DNA of 35,252 nt from Macrostomum lignano (Eukaryota), in assembly GCA_002269645.1 (NCBI GenBank), contig NIVC01001142.1, forward strand, positions 1-35,252, written 5' to 3'. Below the pieces are notes generated by a model. It ran no database searches and had not been told where the DNA came from. It saw nothing but the letters and a program-made list of their open reading frames with translations. Of the stretch, positions 1-11,279 are shown piece after piece. Position 1 is the first letter of the stretch; every line of letters starts with the position of its first letter. The position numbers and the translations under genes are program-made.

Positions 1-716
1 CTTAAGCTCGCGGCCCGTCTGCATGGCCAGCAACTGGTACATGGCACAGCGCTCCAAGTAGTAGGAGTAGTGGAAGATGGCCGCGGTTTCCGCTAGCACC
101 AGGTAGCCGTGGTTGGCCATCATCAGGCAGGTCTTGTCAGGTGCCAGGCAGGAAGCCAGCCGAGCGCCCTCTGAGTCCTGGACGGAGACGCCGCTGTAGT
201 CCAGATCGTAGGCAATGCTGTTGAGAAAGTACAGGCAGTTCTGGTGCACCATGCGCAGTCGGGAGTCTGCAGGGCAGCTGAGGGCGGTGGCGTACGGGAC
301 TGTGCAGGTGGAAGACCGCCTTGGCCTCGGGCCGGGCCTCGTGCAGCGGTCGGTGGATTGTGGCCGCGGACGTCTCGGCGCGACCGTTGCCCTCCACCCG
401 ACCTGCAGCGTCGAGGCCGACCAGGTCGGAGGCACGCACGCGGACCAGTGCAGGCCGTAGGGCACCAGCAGCATCAGCTCGGCTCCGGAGCCGTCAGCCG
501 ATGGCGTCATCAGGCTGAGATGGTTGCAGATGCCCTCGTTGTAGCCCAGCTGGTCCAGGGCCCTGTAGGCTGCCGCCAGGTCCACCCGGGCCTGCCAGTT
601 CTGCTGAGCCGCTGTTGTGGCACCCCGGTTCCCGCTGAGCTGGCGGATGCGAAGGCCACCGGCTGCAGCAGCAGGCGGCACCGCGTCCAGCCATTGCGTA
701 CTGCTACAGTCAACAT
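1..716 (-). CDS. Class II aldolase/adducin N-terminal-domain protein, intronless in the visible part, 3' end beyond the window edge; three apparent 1-bp indels
   Basis: Joining frames at ~660, ~442 and ~297 gives MLTVAVRNGWTRCRLLLQP..LRIRQLSG..NWQARVDLAAAYRALDQLGYNEGICNHLSLMTP..VPYGLHWSRVRASDL..TIHRPLHEARPEAKAVFHLHSPYATALS..MVHQNCLYF..IAYDLDYSG..GARLASCL..LMMANHGYLV..YYLERCAMYQLLAMQTGRELK. The HxH and NHG metal-binding histidines are typical of the family. The Arg-rich N-terminus resembles a mitochondrial presequence. Confidence 0.85.
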
Positions 717-3700
717 TTTTCACTCGGCTTAGTATTTAACAGTCTGTCTCACCTCGGCCTAGAAAAGCTTTAATGGCATTTGTTCTTCTCTTTATCTGGG
801 TAGCAAGATAAGTGTACACTGCTTTGTACACCCTCCGTGCAGAGAATATGACACTCTACGCTCGTACACTGTTGCGAGAATATGAAAATTAGCTAATAAT
901 CTTCAAGTATGTCTGTTTATGCACCTGGCTGAGCCTATATTGTGCCCTGCTGCAGCTACAACTCTTGCACCCCCATTAGCTGACCTGCCCTTCGCCACCA
1001 CGATTCTGCTATTCAAGACAGTTATTTGGCAAAGTACTTTAAAGAAAAATGATGCCTCGGGTTAGCCAATGCTACACTGTCTGCAGTCAGCCACTGTGCA
1101 GGATGCAGGCTACCCTTTCAAGTAAAAGCCGTTTTGGAGTCTTTATTGTAGTTTAAAGAAGCCAGAGAGCCAAAGGGCTTGAGATCCACTTATGAATTGC
1201 GCTGAAAATTAAAGAGGACAGAAAGCCAGCCGTCGTGCTGGGCAGGAAGCTCTCAGTCAAAGGCGATCCTTTTTTAGAAAGTTCGCACAAAGGGAGATCG
1301 GGATAGGGAAGGGGCAGCGCGGGCGCCTGCTGCAGCTCACTCGACCAGATCTATCGCTACGAGACAGCCGTTGCTGTCTTATAAAAAATCTGGCAAGCAA
1401 TTATAGAGCGGCCATTCCGATGGAAGACACTGCAGTGAACCTGGTAGGCATGTTGAGGCCATAAAGCTGGATGTGGGTGGCTATTATCTTTTTATTCCCA
1501 TTTTCATTGATGGAGAATATTGAATTCTGCATTCTCTAGGTGTTTTATTGATGCAGCATCCCAAAATAAACTCTGCCAAGCTTTGTAGTGAAAAGTACAA
1601 ACAAGATCTTCTCAATGGAGAGAGGAGGCACGGGCAGAGCACAAGCAAATTTATGCTCTGCATGCCCTAGCACTCAGCCTAGCGGAGATTCGCTTACCTG
1701 AACTATTATAATATCCGCTGCTGCAATACCTCGCATGCCAAAGCTAGCATGCAGTGCTCAACAGCCCCGCTGCCGCTCATTAAGACAGAGTAGAAGCTGC
1801 TCTACTGAGCAACTGCAGGTCAGACGAACTCTGCCCAGCCGAGTCCCCGTGGCCCCCCCCCGCCCTGGCCGAGCGCCCAGCCAGCGAGGAAAAGGCAGCG
1901 TCTTCCGTTTCGCGAGGCAATTTCCCGTTTTCACGCGTAATGCGAAGTGACACGCCTTCCCTCCTCTGTCGCGGGTGCGAGAGAGGGGCAGCTGAGACAG
2001 GCAGAGAAATAGGCCTCCACAGCGGCTGCAGCTGAGGGGTAGATGATGCTTGGATTCCAGAGCCTCTAGTCCGATGCAGCGAGTTAATCCGATTGTGTGT
2101 CATAAGTTGAGAGCAGGCATCACGGGATCTTGCTGAGCTCCCTCTCGAGTTGCAGCGCTTCAAGTCGTGCAGAATTCTTATTAGTAGATTTCTTTTGAAT
2201 TCACAGTCAGTTATTTCGGCAAAAATACAAATTATAGCGCATGTCCCTCTTGAGCGAAGCCGTTGCCTTGTTTGAGTCCGAGGCTATGAGAGGCAGGTGT
2301 CGGTTGCTCTCGTGTTGAAGTGGCTCGCAGCTCCAGCCGGAATTCACGCCGGGAGAAAATTTTGAAGGCCGCTGTGCTGCACTTTCTCTCAACCAACGAG
2401 TCAGAGACTCGTGAGGGGCTCAGAAATTCTCATCAGCTTTTCTGTCCCCTGAAGTTCCGCCCCATCCCCTGTGTCCCTGGGGTGAGGCGCCGGATTAAGC
2501 TGAAATCGGGAGCAGATTAGTGACAACTTCGCCCGGGCGGGCCGCCAGCCTCAAAAGCAAATTGGGATTAACTTCATCGCGAACGCCGCTCAGGACTGCG
2601 TGATGAAGATGCAAACTTTTATAACTCGCAGGGCTGGCTAAGCATGCGGCTGACTCCATCTCGGAGCAAATTACGCCCACATCGACTCAAGGATTTTTTT
2701 AGTGTAGGAGAGGTGAGAGACGGAGGAGCTCTCTGAAGGCTCTCAGCTTTGAAATGAGTTCTCATGTTCAAAAACGCTTTCTCAATGCATGGGCGGGCAG
2801 AGCAATTTTTCGTTCCTAGAGTAGCTGCTGGGATCGGAATCTCTGGAGAATCTCCCGCCTAAGACTGATGGGACTTTTAAAGCTGCCCCAACGTGATGGC
2901 CGAGCGCGGGCTAATTTACCGATCTCTGCTCTTGCATGATCTGCGGCTCCGCGCAGCTCGAGAGTTTGAGAAGACAGACAGACAGAAACTAGGAGAAAGT
3001 GGAAGAGGCACAGGCAGCTTCTTGGGAGGGCAAGCGAACCTATTACTAGAGACCGTCACTCCAGCGCGCTGCCGGTGTTCCCGCAGTGGTCGCTAGTCTG
3101 GGACTTCGGAGGGGGGAGGCAGCTCGCGTGTCGCCTTGAGGCAGGCTGGGATAGATGAACAGGGAGTGGGCTGCATGCTGCCACTCCACTTGCCTCTGAG
3201 TCTCCCGGCAGGCCTCAAATTCAAAGTTGGGTGCGCTGGCCCGGGAGAGGGCTGAGGTTTCTCCGGAGCAGCAGGGCAGGCGGCCAAAGAGATTCCTGAG
3301 GGGGGGAATCGCAGCAGCCTTCGCGACTCTTCCGCCGCCCACCCGGGCTGGCAAACAGAGTGAAAGTACGAGCAGCGCTAGGCCCCCTTCGCTGCCATTC
3401 GACTCCGTATGGCACGCGGGGCTTCAAATATTAATTTCATGCCACGGGTCATGCAGCTCTCCTTATGACTGTCGGTGCTTCATTTTCTTCTGCTCGGTGC
3501 TCGGTCCGCATGAGCCTGGCTCTGCTGAAAGTCATCGGTCTCGATTAATCCTTGATGTAGAAGCGCGCTATGAGCTTGTGGCCAAAGCCTGTGTAAAAGC
3601 CGAGACCAACAATGGAGACAAAAGTGCAAGTCTGGGGTTCCGGAGGAACTAATGAAATCAGTGCGATAAAGCTCAGCTGCTCAAACTAGCTCGAGGTGAT

Positions 3701-4860
3701 CAGCCTAAGCGGCAATAATTATTCAATTATTTCGGCTTTACCGCTCGCTGGAGCCACCAGCCCGTGACTAAATGCATTAGTAAAAGTGCACCGAAGGGTG
3801 ACCGCTACTGAAAGCGCACCGCGTCGGCTGGGAGAAACTGCGGATCGTGTCTGACTCTGCGCTAACATGCCAAGGGCTCCAGCGAAAAGTGCCAGACCTG
3901 CCTGTTGCCGACTTCGCTGTGCTGGTTCCCAGTCCGCGAGAATCTGTCGTCAGGGCTTTGCTAATTGGCTTCGCCCGCCTTATGCGGACGACTTCCTGCC
4001 GGCTGCATTCCTCTTGCGGGAGGGGATTGTCGCTTGAATAATCTCTCTCTTGTTTACCTGTCAGGCTGCGAATCTTTTAGGGGTGTTAGGAGAGGCTGGG
4101 GCTGAGGTGCCGGCCAGGCAGAACACAGAACCATTAGGGAGTACTCTGCAGATAAGCAAGAATTTCCCAGCTGCCTTGTTCCAGGAATTCAGCTGCGCCA
4201 TCTGTATTTAACTGTCTTCCTGCGTCGAAACTGAATACAAGGCACCTTGCTGGCTTTCTGCTGAGCAAAAAATTTTCAGCATAGCATGAACAGCTCCCTC
4301 AGGCTTTGCACTAACACTGAGTTCTCAAATTCTGCTGCGAGTTTCCCACTGAGCCATCGATCACGGCAACAACAATGGGAAGGCGGGTTGTGGCGACCGC
4401 TCGCTGGGGGGGACAGAGGGCAAGGGGAGACCCTGCCCGTCCGCTCCGGATCGCACCGGTTTCCCTGCGTGAGCGCCACCTCACCTCCGACCGTTCATCC
4501 CTAAACAGTCTGGCGGGCCAATGGGAGCCGAGCAGGCCCGCGCTGCTCTGCAGCCCCTCCCAGAGGGGATTCTCCCGCGGCCTTCTGCAGCAACTCAGCC
4601 CGTGACCTGTCCATAGCAGCCTCGCCAAGCCTTTGCGCACAAGCGAGCTGAGCGGCTGTACGCCAGTCCCCGCGGGCTGATACTTCAGAGAGTTGGAATT
4701 CGGCCCACCGAGCGCCGCCGAATTAGCACGGCCATCCAAAGTTTCAGCGGGAATTCAGACACCGACAGCTCGGATCACCGGCCTGGTCCCAGGGTTTTCC
4801 GTCCTCTGTGCGGCAGTTGCAGCGAGGCCTCCAGCCGACCAAAGCCGCATGGGCGTCGGG

Positions 4861-5054
4861 GCCCGCGATCGCGCCAGCAGAAGCCGCTAGCCTCCGTCTG
4901 AGGCGCCCGCGATCGCGCCAGCAGAAGCCGCTAGTCTCCATCTGAGGCGCCCGCGATCGCGCCAGCAGAAGCCGCTAGCCTCCGTCTGAGGCGCCCGCGA
5001 TCGCGCCAGCAGAAGCCGCTAGTCTCCGTCTAAGGCGCCCGAGATGGCGCCAGC
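4861..5054 (+). repeat. 44-bp tandem repeat (4 units plus a partial) in the 5' leader of GluCl exon A; the last partial unit contains the ATG
   Basis: Unit gcccgcgatcgcgccagcagaagccgctagcctccgtctgaggc starts at 4861, 4905, 4949 and 4993. At 5037 it reads gcccgagATGgcgccagc. Confidence 0.95.
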
Positions 5055-5987
5055 GCGGCTGCTCCTGGTTCTGTTGGCCGTTCTGCTGGCCTGGGTGCAG
5101 GTTGCGGACTGCGGCGCCGCACCCAACTACACGAACATCGTGGACCGCATCGTGTTCCACATCTTCCGCGGCTACAACAAACACCAGCGGCCCGTGCCCG
5201 CTAGCCGGCAGAAGCCAGACGGCACCATAGAAGAGGATTCGACCGACGTGGACGTCAACATGAAGATTCTCAGCATCAACAAGGTGGACGTCATCAACAT
5301 GGAGTTTACGCTGGACATGTACCTGCGTCAGTTCTGGAAGGACACGCGGCTGCGCTGGGATCATTACAAAGACTTCAGTTTCTACAACGAGTCCATCGCC
5401 ATCCCCGCCAAGAAGGAGCACCTGTGGCTTCCAGACCTGTTCTTCCGTAATGGAAAGGAGGGTTACCTGCACAAAATGACTCAGCCTAACTATCTGATCA
5501 GAGTTGAGCCCGACGGGCAGATCCTGTATTCGCAGAAGGTTACCATGAAGTTCTCGTGCCAGATGCAGTTGCAGACATTTCCCATGGACACGCAGACGTG
5601 CTTCGTGAACATCGGCAGCTACGGATACACCACGAGGAACCTGCTGTTCAAGTGGAAGCGGGACGGGCTGAAAGACCCGGTGGAGCTGGACGGCTCCATG
5701 CAGATTTCCGAGTTCAACGCGCCCGACTTTGCTGAGAGCCACGACTGCACGCAGGGCAGCGCGACCAGCACAGGGAGCTACGCGTGCCTGAAGGCGATCT
5801 TCAAGCTGGAGCGGCAGCTGGGCAGCTACCTGTCCGGTACCTACATCCCTGCCATCCTCATCGTGGCGGTCTCTTGGCTCAACTTCTGGATCAGTATTGA
5901 AGCCGTGCCAGCCAGGGTCTCCCTGGGCCTGCTCACCCTGCTGGGCATCCTCACCCAGGGCATGTCAGTCATCAACAACCTGCCCAG
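5044..5987 (+). CDS. GluCl: Cys-loop ligand-gated chloride channel (GluCl-like) exon A: signal peptide, extracellular domain, M1-M2; ends at a phase-2 donor with no private M3-M4 exon visible
   Basis: Signal peptide MAPARLLLVLLAVLLAW; loop D YLRQFW; loop A WLPDLFFRN; Cys-loop CQMQLQTFPMDTQTC; loop B GSYGY; loop C C..TGSYAC; anion-filter PAR. Donor CAG|GTAGGC at 5987/5988. Confidence 0.92.
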
Positions 5988-6943
5988 GTAGGCCATTCTT
6001 AGTCAGCTGTTTTCAAGAAAATTGAGGTTACTTTTCTTTCTTAATTGGTGCCCTTTTTGAGCATTTGACGGCTCACTGAAAGTGCCCATCCAGTCTGCTC
6101 ACTGCGGTCTCTCATGCCAGTTTTCAGTCTTGCCCTGTCAGCAAGTCATGCGCCCGTTTCGCGGGCTCAGGCCCAGAGCTTGTGGTGCTCAGCTCACCGA
6201 TATCTAGAAATCCAGCTCCTCTCCGCTTACTCACCCAGCCTCTCTCGGCATCTTCATTCCCTCCTCAATCCGCGGCTGCATAAGTTCAGAAGCGACCCTA
6301 ATCCTCAGGCTGAGCCTTCTTTCTCACGGGACAGGTGAAGAGAGCCCACCAGTGCGATCTCAAATCATTATTTATGCAAGCCAGGTGGGCCGCCCGAATC
6401 CCAGCTGTAGGCGGTCAGAAAGCCGCGCCCTGCGCCGGACTGTCGCCGGAAACGGCCCAGTTTCTCCATAAATGCATCAAAACAGCCAAGCTCAGTTTTT
6501 TCATCTGGCCTCTGCAAGCCTTTGAGGAGCTTTTCCTCTACAAAGACACAAGCTTCAAGACGCATTCGCTTCTTGAGTGCCTTCTGAACATGCAGGCTGA
6601 CGGCTGTTGCGATTGCCTATTAATTTCAGCTCCGATGAGAACTGTGCTCAAAGCCCCGCTTTTCATCTTTTAATATCCGAATCCCCTTTGAGGGCCTCTT
6701 TTTCGAGAAGAGGCAGGGAAAGCTCAGGCCAGATTATCCCCTTGGCTCCGTCATGGCGCTCTCCTAATCCGTCTTGTGCGGGATCAGAGCGGTGGGATCT
6801 GAAACTCCTTGCCGATTTCTCTGCGCCGTTAAAATCCAGACGCCAATTATGTTCACTTTTCATCCCACATCATCTCTCACGCACCATCCTATGTTTGCAT
6901 CCCCTTCTCCCGTCTCCTGCATCTCCTCTCCCTGCCTCTCCCG

Positions 6944-7166
6944 CATCTCATCACACTCTCCTCACTCCACCATCTCATCACACTCTGCTCACTCCACCAT
7001 CTCATCACACTCTGCTCACCCCACCATCTCATCACACTGCTCACTGCTCCATCTCATCACACTCTGCTCATTCCACCATCTCATCACACTCTGCTCATTC
7101 CACCATCTCATCACACTGCTCACTGCTCCATCTCATCACACTCTGCTCACTGCTCCATCTCATCAC
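6944..7166 (+). repeat. ~27-bp CA-rich minisatellite, ~8 units, downstream of the exon A donor
   Basis: Unit ccaccatctcatcacactctgctcact with variants. Confidence 0.9.
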
Positions 7167-8164
7167 TTCTTCCCGTCTCACTATAGCTTCCCACCACCTT
7201 GCAAAGTCTAAGCAGCTGCAAGCTCACACAACAGGAGTGGCGCACAGGGCAGAGTGTACTTTGTGGTGGCGTTGGTTTCGGTAACTGCGGGCTTTGACTT
7301 GCGCAGCCTCCAAAATCAGTGGCGATGCACTCTAAATCATTTAGAATTTGAAAAGCTGTCTCTGTTACTCTGTTGCCATTTATTCCTACCTGTTCTCGTG
7401 ACAGGGTCGCATGAACTGCAAATATTCCAAAAGCAACTTCACACCTCTTCAAAGCTATGGGACTCGTTGCTCTGGATTAAAATAGACGAGAACCACTAGC
7501 AAAACGTTTCCCCAAAAATCCTTGAAGAAAGTGCTCACTATGTAGGAGCTGTTTCGCTTTTGAGCTTAAAATGAGAATGACAACATCCATTGGTTCAGTC
7601 CCTGTCCCAATGGATTCAACTCTCCTTTCACCCTGATTTTTAATCCCCGGGCACTCAATAAGCGACGAGATTCGACATGGAATTCAAGACCCGGGCCAGT
7701 TTTGCACCGACTACGGTACAGCAGCTGCAAACTGCTGTTTCATGCATCAGTTCGACCACAGGTCAATAATCATGAATTTATGAAATGCTCAATCAGCCCG
7801 TGCGCAAAATGAAGTACATTGGAATAAGCTCAACTGTACCGCTCTAGCCAAAGCCTAGCCAATTATCGAAATTAAACAGCAAGTAGTTCGTTGAAGAAAG
7901 CAAAGTCCTACTCATGCACTCTGCCTGTGTGAGCTGGACTGCTCAGAATGAAGCATTTCAATGCTTCCTACTGAAGTCCCCTGAGCCACCGGCTTTGCTA
8001 CTCATTCTACTGTAAGTAGTCTGCTTGGTTGAAAATTCACTGGATTTTTAAATGCACCAGCGTGTAAGAAGCTCAATTTTTAGTTAAAGGCTTGCGCGGA
8101 CCATTCAGATATGGAATTTTTTTTTATTTTTCAAAGAGGAAGGTTTGACTCTCCGACGATTCTT

Positions 8165-9377
8165 ACAGTGTTCAGGTCTATGATTGTGTGCTGTGCACAG
8201 TGTTCCATGTCTATGGTTTTGTGCTGTACACAGTGTTCCATATCTATGATTGTGTGCTGTACACAGTGTTCCATGTCTATGGTTGCGTGCTGTACACAGT
8301 GTTCCATGTCTATGGTTGCGTGCTGTACACAGTGTTCCATGTCTATGGTTGCGTGCTGTACACAGTGTTCCATGTCTATGGTTGTGTGCTGTGCACAGTG
8401 TTCCATGTCTATGGTTGTGTGCTGTGCACAGTGTTCGATGTCTATGGTCGGTTGTGTGCTGTACGAGTACACAGTGTTCCATGTATATGATTGCGTGCTG
8501 TACACAGTGTTCCATGTCTATGGTTGTGTGCTGTACACAGTGTTCCATGTCTATGGTTGTGTGCTGTGCACAGTGTTCTATGTCTATGGTTGTGTGCTGT
8601 GCACAGTGTTCCATGTCTATGGTCGGTTGTGTGCTGTACGAGTACACAGTGTTCCATGTATATGGTTGCGTGCTGTACACAGTGTTCCATGTCTATGGTT
8701 GTGTGCTGTACACAGTGTTCCATGTCTATGGTTGTGTGCTGTGCACAGTGTTCTATGTCTATGGTCGGTTGTGTGCTGTTCGAGTACACAGTGTTCCATG
8801 TCTATGGTTGTGTGCTGTACACTGTTCCAGGTCTATGATTGTGTGCTGTACACAGTGTTCCATGTCTATGTTTGCGTGCTGTACACAGTGTTCCATGTCT
8901 ATGGTTGTGTGCTGTACACAGTGTTCCATGTCTATGGTTGTGTGCTGTACACTGTTCCAGGTCTATGGTTTTGTGCTGTACACAGTGTTCCATGTCTATG
9001 GTTGTGTGCTGTACACAGTGTTCCATGTTTATGATTGTGTGCTGTACACTGTTCCATGTCTATGGTTGTGTGCTGTGCACAGTGTTCCATGTCTATGATT
9101 GTGTGCTGTACACTGTTCCAGGTCTATGATTGTGTGCGGTGCACAGTGTTCCATGTCTATGGTTGTGTGCTGTACACAGTGTTCCATGTCTATGATTGTG
9201 TGCTGTACACAGTGTTCCATGTCTATGATTGTGTGCTGTACACAGTGTTCCATGTCTATGGTTGCGTGCTGTACACAGTGTTCCATGTCTATGGTTGCGT
9301 GCTGTACACAGTGTTCCATGTCTATGGTTGCGTGCTGTACACAGTGTTCCAGGTCTATGGTTATGTTCTGTACTCAG
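8165..9377. repeat. 33-bp minisatellite, first copy
   Basis: Unit tgtgtgctgtacacagtgttccatgtctatggt with shorter and longer variants. It explains the many low-complexity ORFs here. Confidence 0.97.
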
Positions 9378-10200
9378 CTCTTCGGTTGAGCTGCAGATCA
9401 TTTAGAAAATTAAATTCAATTAAGTAATTTGCTTAGCAGAAGCTCCTCAAAACCCGGTCCCCAGGAACCCAGGTGTGGAACAGGCTGATGAGCTGCAGGT
9501 CCAACACCGGCAAAAGTCGGTTCAGTCTCTCTCGCATCGACAGTCGCCCAGCCCTGAATTGGTGCCAAATTGCTCGACAATTTGCTCCAGCGGGGATCGC
9601 ATGCGCCAAATTGATTAAAGTAATATGGGAGCTTTTTGGCCGAATCCAGTCAGACCCGGAGTTGCTGAGCGCAGATAAGAGAGGCTGGGCTGAGCTGCAG
9701 CTCACCACTCAGAGTGAGGAAGTGGCAGTGCGGACTCACTCTGCTGCTGTTGTCTGCCTGGCAGCGGTGGGGCTCTAATGGCCGGCCGGTGTGGCTGCTG
9801 ACAATGCGGGGCAGAGGCCAGGGATAATGAAACCGGGTCGGGGCAGGCCGGATTAAAGCCGGCTCGCCGAGCCGCTGCGGTCATTGGCTACCAAAGGCCA
9901 GGGAAGAGAATGAGCGGGAGAGGAAAATGGGAAGCGGATAAGAGTGTTGTTTGCGCGAGACTGATCCCCAGAACAGATATAGGAAATACTCAAATAGCGA
10001 CTGCAGCCCCGCATGTCCTCCTGGCTCACCGCTACCGGCATTTGAGCTGGGAGCTAAGCTGCTCTGCTCCCATTAGCCCGGGCTGGCAGGTGCTGACAAT
10101 TCCTGCTCCCAGCCTCGCACTTGCTGGGATAGCCGCTCCCAGGAGAGCGCAGAGACAGCCGGAGAGAAGAGCATCGAGAGCCAGCCATAGGCCGATCGCG

Positions 10201-11195
10201 ATGCACTTTTGGTGCCGCCTGCTGCCCGCCCTGCTGGCGGTCGCTGCTGTGTTCGCCACCGAGGAGATTCAGCCGACCAGCGGGTCGGTTCGGCCGAACT
10301 ACACCAACATCGTGGACCGCATCGTGGAGGCGATCTTCCGCGGCTACAATAAGCACCAGCGGCCGGTGGAGATGCCGCCGAAGCCGGACGGCCAGCCGGC
10401 TGAGCCCGCCCCAGACGTGTCCGGCTCCAGCAAGCCGGTGCAGCCATCCACGGCCGTGGACGTCAACATGAAGATTCTCAGCATCAACAAGGTGGACGTC
10501 ATCAACATGGAGTTTACGCTGGACATGTACCTGCGTCAGTTCTGGAAGGACACGCGGCTGCGCTGGGATCATCGCAAAGACTTCAGTTTCTACAACGAGT
10601 CCATCGCCATCCCCGCCAAGAAGGAGCACCTGTGGCTTCCAGACCTGTTCTTCCGTAATGGAAAGGAGGGTTACCTGCACAAAATGACTCAGCCTAACTA
10701 TCTGATCAGAGTTGAGCCCGACGGGCAGATTCTGTATTCGCAGAAGGTGACCATGAAGTTCTCGTGCCAGATGCAGTTGCAGACGTTTCCCATGGACACG
10801 CAGACGTGCTTCGTGAACATCGGCAGCTACGGATACACCACGAGGAACCTGCTGTTCAAGTGGAAGCGGGACGGGCTGAAAGACCCGGTGGAGCTGGACG
10901 GCTCCATGCAGATTTCCGAGTTCAACACACCCGACTTCGCCATTGTGGAGGACTGCACGCAGGGCAGCGCGACCAGCACAGGGAGCTACGCGTGCCTGAA
11001 GGCGATCTTCAAGCTGGAGCGGCAGCTGAGCAGCTACCTGGCTGGCACCTACATCCCCGCCATCCTCATCATTGCCGTCAGCTGGCTCAGCTTCTGGGTC
11101 AATATAGAAGCCGTGCCCGCTCGAGTTACGCTGGGCCTGCTCACCCTGTTGGGTATCCTCACCCAGGCATCCACCGTGATGGCCAACCTGCCCAG
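10201..11195 (+). CDS. GluCl: GluCl-like subunit B, exon 1 (signal peptide, extracellular domain, M1-M2)
   Basis: The ATG at 10201 begins the signal peptide MHFWCRLLPALLAVAAVFA; the upstream ATG at 9910 in the ORF track gives no signal peptide. Same Cys-loop motifs as exon A. Donor CAG|GTAGGG at 11195/11196. Confidence 0.93.
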
Positions 11196-11279
11196 GTAGG
11201 GACTGCAGACTCTCCTAGGCATCTACCTTGATGGCCAATCTGCCCAAGTAGCAGGTGCTGATACAACAGGAGGAGGGGG

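Noticed and set aside
290-665. Pseudogenisation or programmed frameshifting in the aldolase, CFAP97D-like and Ly6-like genes
   Set aside because: The breaks are single-base indels that can mostly be placed in short homopolymers, and the two duplicate copies also differ by such indels. Long-read consensus error is the simpler explanation; raw reads would settle it.
725-4850. Numerous 60-140-aa ORFs upstream of GluCl A, and the 183-aa ORF at 20537-21088
   Set aside because: No recognisable domains, no coding-like composition and no consistent splice structure; no transposon, tRNA or SL-RNA signature seen by eye.
4975-5742. 255-aa minus-strand ORF (and 208-aa ORFs at 10054-10680 and 16011-16637)
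   Set aside because: Antisense shadows of GC3-rich GluCl coding sequence.
8165-9377. CRISPR-like appearance of ~33-bp repeats
   Set aside because: Units are contiguous with no unique spacers, there are no cas genes, and the context is eukaryotic.
8105-9427. Many long Cys/His-rich ORFs on both strands (also 14338-15384)
   Set aside because: They are translations of a 33-bp (11-codon) array that lacks stops in several frames; no domain structure.
9910-10200. 97-aa N-terminal extension of the GluCl B/C ORF
   Set aside because: The signal peptide begins at ATG 10201, matching exon A's architecture; the extension has no recognisable features. An upstream start cannot be fully excluded.
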